Position numbers and translations under genes: made by a program. 64,000 nt of DNA from Caulobacteraceae bacterium (GTDB lineage Bacteria > Pseudomonadota > Alphaproteobacteria > Caulobacterales > Caulobacteraceae): assembly GCA_019746095.1 (NCBI GenBank), contig JAIESL010000002.1:100603-164602 (forward strand), read 5' to 3'. This document shows, in pieces, positions 1 through 9,590 of this stretch. Position 1 is the stretch's first letter; every line of letters starts with the position of its first letter. The notes under the pieces were generated by a model. That model was not told the origin of the DNA and searched no databases. It saw nothing but the letters and a program-made list of their open reading frames with translations.

Positions 1-2
1 AC

Positions 3-158
3 CAGACCATCGGCCTGCTCGCCGTCATCGCCTGGAGCGCCGTTGGCACCTGGGCCATCCTGATGATCTGCAAATTCACCACCGGCCTGCGCGTGGCGAA
101 GGAGGAGGAGATCGAGGGCCTCGACTACACCCAGCACGGCGAGACGATTCACCCCTAG
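3..158 (+). CDS. amt: Ammonium transporter, C-terminal fragment (5' end outside the window)
   Basis: Frame 3 reads ...WSAVGTWAILMICKFTTGLRVAKEEEIEGLDYTQHGETIHP*; the LRV..EEE.EGLD..QHGE tail is typical of Amt proteins. Confidence 0.85.
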   Translation, partial: QTIGLLAVIAWSAVGTWAILMICKFTTGLRVAKEEEIEGLDYTQHGETIHP

Positions 159-203
159 CGACAGCCCCTCCCGGTCATGGGAGGAACCCGCTACAACCCT
201 CCC

Positions 204-1244
204 ATGACCTCCGCCCCGCTTCCCGACGCCCCGACGAACTGGGTCGACCGTCATGCGCCGGAGGGGCTCAAGCCCTGGCTGAAGCTGGGCCGGTTCGACC
301 GCCCGATCGGCATCTGGCTGCTGCTCCTGCCCGGCTGGCAGGGGATCGCCCTGGCGCTGGCCCAATATCGCAGGACGCCGGACCTCCATGACGCCTGGCT
401 GGTCCTCGGCTTCGCCCTCGGGGCCTGCCTGATGCGGGCGGCGGGCTGCGCCTTCAACGACATCGTCGACCGGGACATCGATGCGCAGGTGGCCCGCACC
501 GCCCTGCGGCCGATCCCCTCGGGCCGGATCTCGGTCAAACAGGCACTGGCCTTCGTGGTGGGGTGCAGTCTGATCAGCCTGCTGATCCTGTTGACCCTGA
601 ACCTGACCGCCGTCCTGCTCGGCGTCGCCTCCCTCGCCCTCGTCGCCGCCTATCCCTTCATGAAGCGGATCACCTGGTGGCCCCAGGCCTGGCTGGGCCT
701 GACCTTCAACTGGGGCGCGCTGATGGGGTTCGCGGCTGCCCTGTCAGGGCCGTGGTTGCTGGCGGCGGTTCACGACGCCAACACCCTGGAAATCTGCGCC
801 ACACTTGGAGGGGCCATTCAGCCTTGCAGGCCCGAGGTCGTAACCGCCTTTCCGAACCTCTGGCCTGCCGCCCTCCTCCTCTACCTCGCCCTTGTCTTCT
901 GGACCCTCGGCTACGACACCATCTACGCCCTGCAGGACATCGAGGACGACGCCATGGTCGGGGTCAAATCCTCGGCCCGCCGCCTCGGCACCAATGTGCA
1001 GGCCGGGGTCGGCGTCTTCTACGGGGTCACCGTCATCCTGACCGTCGCCGCCGGCCTCAGCGCCGGCCTCGGCCCCCTGTTCTACGTCGCCCTGCTGCCC
1101 TTCGCCGCCCATCTGCTCCGTCAGGCGCGCGACGTCCGCGCCGATGATCCGGCCCTGGCCCTGCGACTGTTTCGCTCAAATCGCGATGCGGGTTTCATCC
1201 TGCTTTCCGCCATCATCCTGGGCGCTGTATCCTGGCCGTTCTGA
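204..1244 (+). CDS. ubiA: 4-hydroxybenzoate polyprenyltransferase
   Basis: RFDRPIG, NDIVDRDID.QV.RT..RP and YDTIYALQD.EDD motifs; ATG at 204 preferred over 177. Confidence 0.95.
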   Translation: MTSAPLPDAPTNWVDRHAPEGLKPWLKLGRFDRPIGIWLLLLPGWQGIALALAQYRRTPDLHDAWLVLGFALGACLMRAAGCAFNDIVDRDIDAQVARTALRPIPSGRISVKQALAFVVGCSLISLLILLTLNLTAVLLGVASLALVAAYPFMKRITWWPQAWLGLTFNWGALMGFAAALSGPWLLAAVHDANTLEICATLGGAIQPCRPEVVTAFPNLWPAALLLYLALVFWTLGYDTIYALQDIEDDAMVGVKSSARRLGTNVQAGVGVFYGVTVILTVAAGLSAGLGPLFYVALLPFAAHLLRQARDVRADDPALALRLFRSNRDAGFILLSAIILGAVSWPF

Positions 1245-1255
1245 AGGAGACCCCC

Positions 1256-2104
1256 ATGTCCGCTGTTCGCGCCCTGCTGCTGACCGCCGCCCTTGCCGCC
1301 GGCCTGTCGGCCTGCAACCGCGACCGTGAGCCCGCCGCCGGCGAGGCGCCTGCCGCGCCGGGTCAGGCCGCCGCCGTCACCCCGGCCGATGCCGCCGCGC
1401 CGATGGGCTTTGAACAGAAGACACCCTATGCCGACGTCCGTCTGACCCTGCCCGACGCCATCAAGCGCCAGACCGACCTGCACGCCCGGATCTATGCCGA
1501 GGAGGTGCGGGGGCTGCGCCAGTTCGTCGAGGGGGCCCAGGGCGAGTTGACCGAGGCGGGGGCCGACACCGACCGCCCCAAATTCGAGAAGACCGTCACC
1601 GTCACCGCCGCCCTGGAGACCGGCAAGCTGGTCAGCCTCAAACGGGTCGATTTCGACTATTCGGGCGGGGCCCATCCCAACACCCTGTCCAGCGGCATCC
1701 TGTGGGACAAGGCGCTGAAGCGGCGCGTCGGCCTGGCTGACCTGTTCCGCCGGAACGCCGACCTGACCGCCCTCGACCAGGCCCTGTGCACGGCCATCAA
1801 CGCCGCCAAACGCGCCCGGGTCCCGGACAGCGTCGCCGTCACCCTCGGCGGGCGGCCCGGTTCGGCCTGCCCCCGCGCCGCCGACACCGCCTTCGTCCTC
1901 GCGCCCGGCTCGGTGAACGGCAAGGCCGCGGGCCTGGTCTTCTTCATCGGGGCCTACCAGGTCGGCCCCTATGCCGAGGGCGGCTATGAGATCGCCCTCC
2001 CGGTGTCCGGCTTCCGCTCCCTGCTGGCCAACGCCTATGCTGACGACTTCGCCGGCCAGTTGCTCAAGACCGGTGATGTGACCCCTGCTGGAGAAGATCA
2101 ATGA
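1256..2104 (+). CDS. Lipoprotein, DUF4163/DUF3298 (RsiV/PdaC-like) family
   Basis: Lipobox LSAC; YSGGAHPN and Y.VGPYAEG motifs. Confidence 0.75.
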   Translation: MSAVRALLLTAALAAGLSACNRDREPAAGEAPAAPGQAAAVTPADAAAPMGFEQKTPYADVRLTLPDAIKRQTDLHARIYAEEVRGLRQFVEGAQGELTEAGADTDRPKFEKTVTVTAALETGKLVSLKRVDFDYSGGAHPNTLSSGILWDKALKRRVGLADLFRRNADLTALDQALCTAINAAKRARVPDSVAVTLGGRPGSACPRAADTAFVLAPGSVNGKAAGLVFFIGAYQVGPYAEGGYEIALPVSGFRSLLANAYADDFAGQLLKTGDVTPAGEDQ

Positions 2105-2601
2105 TCCGCCCCGTGTCGATCCTCATCGCAGCCTCGATCGCGATTGTGTCCGCACCAGCCGCCTGGCCCGCCGCGGCGCAGGACCGGTCAGAAGCGACCA
2201 ATCCCGGTCAGTTCGGCGTCATGGCGACGACGCCCAGCCGGATGGACCGGTCCCGTCGGGAAATGAACCGGGGAAGGGAACAGGTCTGGGATCCCAATAT
2301 GTCGGCCTCACAGACCCGCAGCTATGCGCAACGGGCCCTGCGCCGCGGCGGTTTCGACTGCGAGGTCGCGGACGCCGTTTTGGTGGCCCAGGCCCGGGAC
2401 GGCACGCCCCTGGTGGAGGTCGACTGTGCGCAAGGCGGCGGCCTGGTCATCGCGGATACCGAGCCGATGATGGCGACCGACTGTCTGGACCTCGTCCCCG
2501 GAGCCGGGATGGAGACGAACAGCACAGGTCCGGTCGAAGCCTGTCGCCTGCCGGGCAATGTGGCGTCTGTGGCCGCTGAACGTCAGTCCGCCAGGAACTG
2601 A
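2101..2601 (+). CDS. Secreted hypothetical protein
   Basis: Signal peptide (AWPAAAQ), four Cys, ATGA overlap with the upstream stop. Confidence 0.7.
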   Translation: MIRPVSILIAASIAIVSAPAAWPAAAQDRSEATNPGQFGVMATTPSRMDRSRREMNRGREQVWDPNMSASQTRSYAQRALRRGGFDCEVADAVLVAQARDGTPLVEVDCAQGGGLVIADTEPMMATDCLDLVPGAGMETNSTGPVEACRLPGNVASVAAERQSARN

Positions 2602-3527
2602 TCCACGACCTGCGCGAACCGCGCCGGCTGGTCCGCCATGATGAAGTGCCGGCTGCCGTCGACCTGCACCAGCCGGACCCCCGGCAGGGTCGCGTATTCT
2701 CGTTCCCACAGCGTCTGGGCCAGCGCCGGCGGCGGGCCACCGTCGGCGTCGACGGCATAGAGGGCGGTGACCGGCGTGGTCATGGCCGCCAGACCGGGTC
2801 GCGCATCTGTGGTCATGACGTCGGTCAGGGCGGCGGCCACGGCCCGGCGGTCGCTGGCCATGGACCAGTCCACCATCAGCTCCCGCATCGCCGGATCACG
2901 GGCCAGTCCCTGGGCTGCCTGGGTCTGCTGGGCACGGAAGGTGGCCTCATCGGCCGCCACCATGGCGGCGGCGGCCTGGACGGCGAAGGGGCGAGCCTGA
3001 TCGGCCGTCACCGTGGGCCCGAACAGGGCACTGTAGAACGGCAGGGCGTCGACGATCATCAGCCGCCCGACACGTTCGGGATGCGCCTGGGCCAGCAGCA
3101 GTCCGCTCAAGCCCCCCATCGAATGGCCGATCACGGCGGGCCGCCGGAGGCCGGCGGTTTCGATATAGCGGGCCAGTTCGGCCACCTCGGGGGCCACGAA
3201 CGGGCCGTCGCCGTGGCTCCAGGGCTCGCCGGCAAAGCCCGCCAGCTGGACCAGATGGACCCGGTGGGTGGCCGAGAGCCGGGTCGCCAGGGACCGCCAG
3301 ACCTCCCGCGAGGAGGCCAGACCCGGGATCAGGACCACGTCCGGCCCCGACCCGACCACCTCCACCGACAGACGGTCGGACCGGAAGGCCGTCGCCGCGG
3401 CCTGATCCACCGGCGCAGCGTCTGCGGCCGTGGCCGGAACCAGCCCGCCTGCGACCGCAAATGACGCAGTGGCGAGCAACAATACACGCAGGGTCGAACG
3501 CCCGACGAAGGGACGGAGGTGCAGCAT
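2583..3527 (-). CDS. Secreted alpha/beta hydrolase
   Basis: IPGL oxyanion motif, GHSMGG nucleophile elbow, SRHFIM catalytic His; signal peptide. Confidence 0.9.
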   Translation of the reverse strand: MLHLRPFVGRSTLRVLLLATASFAVAGGLVPATAADAAPVDQAAATAFRSDRLSVEVVGSGPDVVLIPGLASSREVWRSLATRLSATHRVHLVQLAGFAGEPWSHGDGPFVAPEVAELARYIETAGLRRPAVIGHSMGGLSGLLLAQAHPERVGRLMIVDALPFYSALFGPTVTADQARPFAVQAAAAMVAADEATFRAQQTQAAQGLARDPAMRELMVDWSMASDRRAVAAALTDVMTTDARPGLAAMTTPVTALYAVDADGGPPPALAQTLWEREYATLPGVRLVQVDGSRHFIMADQPARFAQVVDQFLAD

Positions 3528-3558
3528 GACGATGTCCTTTGAGCCAAGCCTGACGAGA

Positions 3559-3756
3559 TCAGGCGTGCGGGTTGTCGAAAATCTCTTCCACCGGCCGCGC
3601 GAACAGCACGGCGATGCGATAGGCCAGATCCAGCGAAGGATCGTGTTTCTCGGTCTCGAGGGCGTTGACCGCCTGGCGAGAAACGCCCAGCGCCTGTCCC
3701 AGCTGCTCCTGGGTCCAGCCGCGCTCGACCCGCAGAAGTTTGAGGCGGTTCTTCAT
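3559..3756 (-). CDS. XRE-family helix-turn-helix transcriptional regulator
   Basis: MKNRLKLLR..RGWTQEQLG..LGVSRQAVNALE..KHDPSLDLAY; ATG at 3756 overlaps the upstream TGA. Confidence 0.9.
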   Translation of the reverse strand: MKNRLKLLRVERGWTQEQLGQALGVSRQAVNALETEKHDPSLDLAYRIAVLFARPVEEIFDNPHA

Positions 3757-4160
3757 CAGTTCGACGACTTCACGAAGGGTGCGATCAGGCCGAAACACCC
3801 CCAGAACAGCGGATAGATGATCCAGGCCGGCAGGTGATAGGCGTCAGCATAGCTTTCGCCGAAACCCCAGACACTGGCGACAGCCATCGCCAGGCCAGAG
3901 GCCAGGATGAACTGTTTGGCGACGACGGCGCGGACGAATTCGTCCGATTCACGCATCAGCGACAACGTCGCCCAGATCTGCCCGACCACCGGTGCCGAAA
4001 CGGTCAGGGCCAGCGCCCAGGCTGCGACGGGCGAAGCGATGTCGTCAAAGGCTCCGAATATGGCGGCGACATTGACGGCCACATAGCCGGACATGAAGGC
4101 CACGGTCCGGATCACATAGCGTTTGTGGGCGGGCGAGGTAGATTTTCCGAGAGCGAGCAT
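3756..4160 (-). CDS. Membrane protein translationally coupled to the XRE regulator
   Basis: Four hydrophobic segments, DEF.R motif, TGATG overlap. Confidence 0.8.
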   Translation of the reverse strand: MLALGKSTSPAHKRYVIRTVAFMSGYVAVNVAAIFGAFDDIASPVAAWALALTVSAPVVGQIWATLSLMRESDEFVRAVVAKQFILASGLAMAVASVWGFGESYADAYHLPAWIIYPLFWGCFGLIAPFVKSSN

Positions 4161-4180
4161 GGAAGGCGTTCCTGACTTGA

Positions 4181-4242
4181 TGTAAGCCTTACCTTACACT
4201 CAAAGCATGTCATGTCAACCTGACTTTTTGTCGGGTTTACAT
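4181..4242. promoter_or_regulatory. Candidate XRE operators
   Basis: TGTAAG-N6-CTTACA at 4181-4198; ATGTCAACCTGAC/GTCGGGTTTACAT inverted repeat (11/13) at 4212-4242, upstream of the XRE operon. Confidence 0.5.
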
Positions 4243-4440
4243 GACGAGGCCGGTTCCGGACTGCTGCCCTGCGCCAACACGTCCGGCTTCCGGTCGGGCC
4301 TCTCCGGGCGTACTGGAGCCATGCTCGCCCACGGCTGGAAAATGCCGCCCTGCCCGGCGCGGCCAGTTGAGGTGAGACAGGGGACCAATGGTGTTGGCAA
4401 CAGGCAAACTTGCGGTTCGGACCGGGTCGTCGGCCAGACC

Positions 4441-5094
4441 ATGATCTCCGACCCCACCGCCTTCATCCTCGCCAACACCCGCCTTCAGCCCGTGCCGCAC
4501 GCGCCGGGGATCTCGCTGTGGCTGGCCGACGAGGTCACGCCGATCTGGCGACTGACCGAGGCGGAGCTGGGCGAAATGGGCCTGCCGCCGCCATTCTGGG
4601 CCTTTGCCTGGGCCGGCGGCCAGGGGCTGGCGCGATGGCTGCTCGACCATCCTTCCGAGGTCGCCGGAAAACGGGTGCTGGACCTCGCCGCCGGGTCCGG
4701 CCTGGTCGGCATTGCGGCCATGCAGGCGGGGGCGGCGTCCGTCCTGTGCGCCGACATTGATCCCTTCTGCGAGGCCGCGGTGGCGCTCAATGCCGCGGCC
4801 AACGGGGTCACCACGGCCTTCACCGACGCCGACCTGCTGGCCACGCCTCCGCCCGAGGTGGACGTCATCTGCGCCGGCGACGTCTTCTATGAGCAACCCA
4901 TGGCCGGCCGGGTCCAGGCCTGGCTGACCCGCGCCGCCGCCCGGGGAAGCCGCATCCTCGTCGGCGATCCCCTGCGAACCTATTTTCCGAAGACCGGGTT
5001 TGACCTGCTGGCCGAATATGTTGTCCCGACCACCCGGGAGCTTGAGGATGACGCCGTCAAACGCACACGCGTCTGGACGCTGCCCCCGCCCTGA
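4441..5094 (+). CDS. Class I SAM-dependent methyltransferase (PrmA/ETFBKMT-like)
   Basis: PPFWAFAWAGG, VLDLAAGSG and GDVFYE motifs; ATG at 4441 preferred. Confidence 0.88.
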   Translation: MISDPTAFILANTRLQPVPHAPGISLWLADEVTPIWRLTEAELGEMGLPPPFWAFAWAGGQGLARWLLDHPSEVAGKRVLDLAAGSGLVGIAAMQAGAASVLCADIDPFCEAAVALNAAANGVTTAFTDADLLATPPPEVDVICAGDVFYEQPMAGRVQAWLTRAAARGSRILVGDPLRTYFPKTGFDLLAEYVVPTTRELEDDAVKRTRVWTLPPP

Positions 5095-5107
5095 CGGCCG
5101 CACGACC

Positions 5108-5127
5108 GGCGAACGGAGTTCGCCTTT
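5108..5127 (+). terminator. Probable intrinsic terminator
   Basis: GGCGAAC-GGA-GTTCGCC followed by TTT, just after the methyltransferase stop. Confidence 0.55.
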
Positions 5128-5197
5128 CAGGCTGCATCCCTTTCCCTGACCCCGCGTTCCGGCCTAGCTTGGGCCCAGGGGCAGAGGGAGCACGGAT

Positions 5198-6043
5198 ATG
5201 CGGTGGCAGGGTGGACGGCGCGGCGGCAACATCGACGACCGGCGCGGCGTCGGCGGCGGGGCCATGGCCGGCGGCGGCATCGGCGTCGTGATCCTGGCCG
5301 CCATCGGCTATCTGGTGTTCGACATCGATCCCGCGACGACCACCCAACTCGCCAGCCAGTTCGGCGGAGTCGGCGTCTCGGAAGGCCGGCGGGGCAGCCC
5401 GGCGGATCAGGCGGGTGCCTTCGTCGATGTCATCGGGGCCAATATCGACGACGTCTGGTCGACCCGGATCCAGGGCTATGTGCCGCCGACCGTCACCCTC
5501 TACGAACAGGGCACCCCGACGGGCTGCGGCTTCGGCCAGTCTGCCATGGGGCCGTTCTACTGCCCCGCCGACCGCCATGTGTACCTCGACCTGTCGTTCT
5601 GGGCGCAGCTTGAGACCGAACTGGGCGCGTCCAGCGCGGACTTCGCCCGGGCCTATGTCATCGCCCAAGAATACGGCCACCATATCCAGACCGTGACGGG
5701 CCTTTCGGCCCAGGTCCGCTCGGCCCAGCAGCGCGCCTCGGGCCAGGCCGAGGCCAACCGGTATTCGGTGGCGCTGGAGCTCCAGGCCGATTGCTACGCC
5801 GGTGTCTGGGCCCGCAATGCCGCCGCGGCGTCCAACGGCGAGGTCGCACTGGAAGCCGGTGATCTGGAGGCCGGCATGCAGACGGCTTCGGCCATCGGCG
5901 ACGACACCCTCCAGCGTCGCCAGGGCGGGCAGGTCCAGCCCGAGGGCTTCACCCACGGCACCTCGGCCCAGCGGGTCGAATGGCTGCGGCGCGGCTATGA
6001 AGCGGGTGATCCGGCGGCCTGCGACACCTTCCAGGCGCTGTAG
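5198..6043 (+). CDS. ypfJ: Neutral zinc metallopeptidase, YpfJ family (zinc motif altered to QEYGH)
   Basis: N.DDRRG N-terminus, GPFYCP.D, ELQADCYAG and FTHGTSAQR..W motifs. Confidence 0.88.
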   Translation: MRWQGGRRGGNIDDRRGVGGGAMAGGGIGVVILAAIGYLVFDIDPATTTQLASQFGGVGVSEGRRGSPADQAGAFVDVIGANIDDVWSTRIQGYVPPTVTLYEQGTPTGCGFGQSAMGPFYCPADRHVYLDLSFWAQLETELGASSADFARAYVIAQEYGHHIQTVTGLSAQVRSAQQRASGQAEANRYSVALELQADCYAGVWARNAAAASNGEVALEAGDLEAGMQTASAIGDDTLQRRQGGQVQPEGFTHGTSAQRVEWLRRGYEAGDPAACDTFQAL

Positions 6044-6046
6044 GAT

Positions 6047-6994
6047 TCAACCGACCGTCAGGTCCAGCGGCCTCGATACAAACAGGGTGCCCGCGCCCAG
6101 ATCCATGGCCATGCGCCGGCCGGCGAAGGCGGTCATCCCGATCAGGCCGCCGGGAAAGTTCGGCAGCGGCGGCTGGTCGAACACGCCCACGGTCACACGG
6201 CGGTAGAGGTGGTCGGCAAAGGTCACGGTCCGCGCCTCGACCGTGGCCGAGCGCAAGGCCCCGCCCAGCACCAGACTGATGCCGCTGCCCTGGGACCGGC
6301 CGTCCATCAGACCCGCACCGGTGGCCGCTTCACGGCTCAGCCCGAGAAGGGCCGAAGCCCCCGTATCGATCACGGCCTCGACCGCCGAGCCTTCGACCGT
6401 CACCACCGCCGTCAGACCGCTGCCGCGCCGCTGGACCGTCGCCGGGGCCAGGGCAGCCGGGCGCACAAAGGCGTCGCGCCGGATCAGCCGCGCATGGCGG
6501 CGACGCGGGTCGAGGGCCAGGACCGTCTGACCCAGCACGTCCTGACCCAGGATCAGCGGCGTCTGCAGTCCTTGAGCGGACGCCAGCGGGCCGAGGTCCA
6601 GGATGGCCGCCCTCAGGCCGCTGATCGCCAGTCCGGGCAGGTCTACGGCCAGGGTCGTGCCCCGCCCCACCTGGGCCCCGCCACCGATGCCGTAGGCCAC
6701 GAGCGGCACATCGAAGAACGACCGGCCCGCGGCCGGCAACTCGGCCACCAGCGCCCGGTCGATCACGGAATACTGGGCCCCGCTGTCGATCAGGGCGAGC
6801 ACCTCGCGCCCGCCCAGCCGGACCCGGACGGTCGGCACGAGACTGGGCCGCGCATAGGCGAGCCAGGGCGTTGCCCCGGTCTCACCGAAGGTCAGGGTCG
6901 GACTCGGCCACAACAGGGTCTCACGCGCCCACCAGGCCGCGCCGACGACGGCGGCCAGTCCTGCGGTCCGGATCAGAAGGGAGCGTCGGTTCAT
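6047..6994 (-). CDS. Two-domain retropepsin-like aspartyl protease with a Tat-like N-terminus
   Basis: ALIDSGA and AVIDTGA catalytic motifs, ILGQD; MNRRSLL start. Confidence 0.85.
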   Translation of the reverse strand: MNRRSLLIRTAGLAAVVGAAWWARETLLWPSPTLTFGETGATPWLAYARPSLVPTVRVRLGGREVLALIDSGAQYSVIDRALVAELPAAGRSFFDVPLVAYGIGGGAQVGRGTTLAVDLPGLAISGLRAAILDLGPLASAQGLQTPLILGQDVLGQTVLALDPRRRHARLIRRDAFVRPAALAPATVQRRGSGLTAVVTVEGSAVEAVIDTGASALLGLSREAATGAGLMDGRSQGSGISLVLGGALRSATVEARTVTFADHLYRRVTVGVFDQPPLPNFPGGLIGMTAFAGRRMAMDLGAGTLFVSRPLDLTVG

Positions 6995-7197
6995 GCCGTT
7001 CGAAGATGGCGCTTGCCATCGCCGCGCGCCAGCCTCGCCGTCGTCGCGGCCTTTCGGCTCAGAACGGCATGCCTTGGCGGCACCCGGGCGGTGCGGTCCG
7101 GTTTGCCTGGCCGATGGTTGGCGGTCCGGTCAGCGCCCCCCGACACCGTCCAGACCGCCACCGCGTGCACCCTGTCCCGGGGCACCGCGAGCTCATG

Positions 7198-7213
7198 GTT
7201 AACAACCACTTAA
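7198..7213 (-). promoter_or_regulatory. Full CtrA-binding consensus
   Basis: Minus strand reads TTAA-GTGGTTG-TTAAC (TTAA-N7-TTAAC) in a GC-rich intergenic region. Confidence 0.65.
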
Positions 7214-7290
7214 GCTCCACCGACCCGCATCTGGCGCGGTGAGGGCTCGGGAGTCGACAGGCTTCGCCGTTCGGGCGAACCGATCACCCC

Positions 7291-8112
7291 CTACCTGTGG
7301 CCGAAGGGAACCACCTTGTTGTCGCGGTCGTGGCCGATATCCGCAGTCCCGAGATACGGAATGCCCGAACGCTCGCACCAGTAGCGGCAGATCTCCTCGG
7401 CGGTCAGGCCGAAGTCCGGATCGTTCTCGACGATGTCCGACACCCGTCCCATCCGGATACCCGCCACCTTGCGGATCGAAGCCTGGCCGGTCAGGTGGAA
7501 CATCATCCGGTCGATCCGGTACAGCGGCTCGGACACATCCTCCAGCATCAGGACATGGCCGGTCAGGTCGGGCTCCAGCGCCGTTCCGACAAGGGCGTCG
7601 AGAATGCTCAGGTTGAAGCCCACCGCCGGACGCGGATCCTCCGCCAGCGACGGCTCCCAGGAGGTCGGATCACCGGATCTCAGCCAGTTCAGTGCCCGCC
7701 AGGCCGTGGCGTCGTTACGCACCGCATCCGAGGCCATCGGCCCGTGCGCCACATGCGGGAACCCGGCCTTGTAGAGCAGGGCCAGGATACTGCCGGCGTC
7801 CGAATAACCCAGATACCGCTTCTTGCGTGCCACCGCCGTCAGCCGCGGCAGCACCGCCTCGGCGATCCGGCAGGAGCCATAGCCCCCGCGCGCAAACCAG
7901 ACCGCGTCCAGCCGCGGATCATTGGCATAGTCCACAAAGGCATTGGCCCGGCTCGCATCGTCGCCGCCGAAATGGCCGTGCTTGCCGAAACTGGCCGGAT
8001 GGAAGCTCGCGGTGACCGAGCCGTCGGGGAAATGGGTCTCAAACCAGGCCAGAACCGCCTCGGCACGCGCCTTGTTGAAGCGCGAACTGGCGTTGACGAT
8101 GCCGATCTTCAT
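7291..8112 (-). CDS. ldcA: LD-carboxypeptidase (S66 family)
   Basis: ARGGYG, GYSD nucleophile, LEDVSE and IGH motifs; start MKIGIV at 8112. Confidence 0.88.
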   Translation of the reverse strand: MKIGIVNASSRFNKARAEAVLAWFETHFPDGSVTASFHPASFGKHGHFGGDDASRANAFVDYANDPRLDAVWFARGGYGSCRIAEAVLPRLTAVARKKRYLGYSDAGSILALLYKAGFPHVAHGPMASDAVRNDATAWRALNWLRSGDPTSWEPSLAEDPRPAVGFNLSILDALVGTALEPDLTGHVLMLEDVSEPLYRIDRMMFHLTGQASIRKVAGIRMGRVSDIVENDPDFGLTAEEICRYWCERSGIPYLGTADIGHDRDNKVVPFGHR

Positions 8113-8180
8113 GCTCTGCCGCTGGCCTCCAGCCTCGCCCGTGCTAGTCAGGCCACCGGACATTCCCCGGTTTCGCCCTC

Positions 8181-9590
8181 ATGAATCAAGACGACTATTT
8201 CTTCTGCGGCATCGGCGGGTCCGGAATGCTGCCCCTGGCGATGATCGTCCAGGCGCGCGGCGGCCGTATCGAGGGCTCCGACCGCTCCCGCGACCAGGGC
8301 CGGACGCCCGAGAAATTTGCCTGGCTGGAAGCCCATGGGGTGACCCTGCATCCGCAGGACGGCTCGGGCGTCACCCGCGCCGACCAGACCGTCGTCGCCA
8401 CCGGTGCCATCGAGGACACAGTGCCCGACATCGGCGCGGCGAAACGGGCCGGGGCCCGCATCGTGACCCGACCGGAACTGCTGTCCAAGCTTTTCAACGC
8501 CGCCCCGGCCTCGATCGGCGTGGCCGGCACCAGCGGCAAGTCGACCATCACCGGCATGATTGCCTGGATCCTGCATCAGGCGGGCCGCGCGCCGACCGTC
8601 ATGAACGGCGCGGTGATGAAGAATTTCGCCGACGCTGATCACCCCTTCGCCAGCGCCCTGATCGGCGGCCCCGACCTGTTCGTGTCAGAGGTCGATGAGT
8701 CCGACGGCTCCATCGCCCGCTACGATCCGACCGTCGCCGTGGTCTCCAACATCTCGCTGGATCACAAGTCGATGGAGGAGCTGCGCGACCTGTTCGGCGG
8801 CTTCACCGGTCGCGCAGCGAAGGCCGTGCTCAATCTCGACAATGTCGAGACCCGGGCGCTGGCCCAGTCCCTTCCGGCCGACAGGGTCATCACCTTCGCC
8901 CTCGGCGAGGAATCGGCCACCTTCAATGCCCATGATCTCGAGCCCCTGCCGACGGGTATGCGGTTCACCCTGACAGAAGTCGGCGGCGCGAGACACGCGG
9001 TCGTCCTCAATGTTCCCGGGGCCCACAATGTCGCCAATGCGCTGGCCGCCCTCGGCGCGGTGCGGGCGATCGGCGTGCCGCTGGCGCAGGCCGTGGCGGC
9101 GCTTGAGTCCTTCGCCGGAATCCGTCGCCGGATGGAGGTGGTCGGGACCGTCAATCACATCACGGTCATCGATGACTTCGCCCACAACCCGGACAAGATC
9201 GCCGCCACCCTCAAGACCCTGCACGCCTTCGACGGCCGGCTGCTGATCCTGTTCCAGCCGCACGGCTTCGGCCCCCTGCGGCTGATGCAGACCGAGTTCA
9301 TCGAGGGCTTTGCCGGGCTGATGCGCAGGGACGATGTGCTGCTGATGCCCGAGCCGGTCTATTTCGGCGGCACCACCGACCGCTCCGTGGGCAGTGAGGA
9401 TATTGCCTCAGGCGTCCGCGCCGCCGGCCGCAATGCCGAGGCCCTGCCCACCCGCGAAGCCTGTGGCGACCGGCTGATCGCCCTGGCGCGGCCGGGCGAC
9501 CGGATCATCGTCATGGGCGCGCGGGATGACACCCTCTCGGTATTCGCGGGCGACCTCCTGGCCCGACTCGGGAATCAAACGCCCGGCTAG
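8181..9590 (+). CDS. Mur ligase of the MurC/Mpl family
   Basis: GIGGSGM, GTSGKST, EVDESD, DDFAHNP and FQPH motifs. Confidence 0.9.
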   Translation: MNQDDYFFCGIGGSGMLPLAMIVQARGGRIEGSDRSRDQGRTPEKFAWLEAHGVTLHPQDGSGVTRADQTVVATGAIEDTVPDIGAAKRAGARIVTRPELLSKLFNAAPASIGVAGTSGKSTITGMIAWILHQAGRAPTVMNGAVMKNFADADHPFASALIGGPDLFVSEVDESDGSIARYDPTVAVVSNISLDHKSMEELRDLFGGFTGRAAKAVLNLDNVETRALAQSLPADRVITFALGEESATFNAHDLEPLPTGMRFTLTEVGGARHAVVLNVPGAHNVANALAALGAVRAIGVPLAQAVAALESFAGIRRRMEVVGTVNHITVIDDFAHNPDKIAATLKTLHAFDGRLLILFQPHGFGPLRLMQTEFIEGFAGLMRRDDVLLMPEPVYFGGTTDRSVGSEDIASGVRAAGRNAEALPTREACGDRLIALARPGDRIIVMGARDDTLSVFAGDLLARLGNQTPG

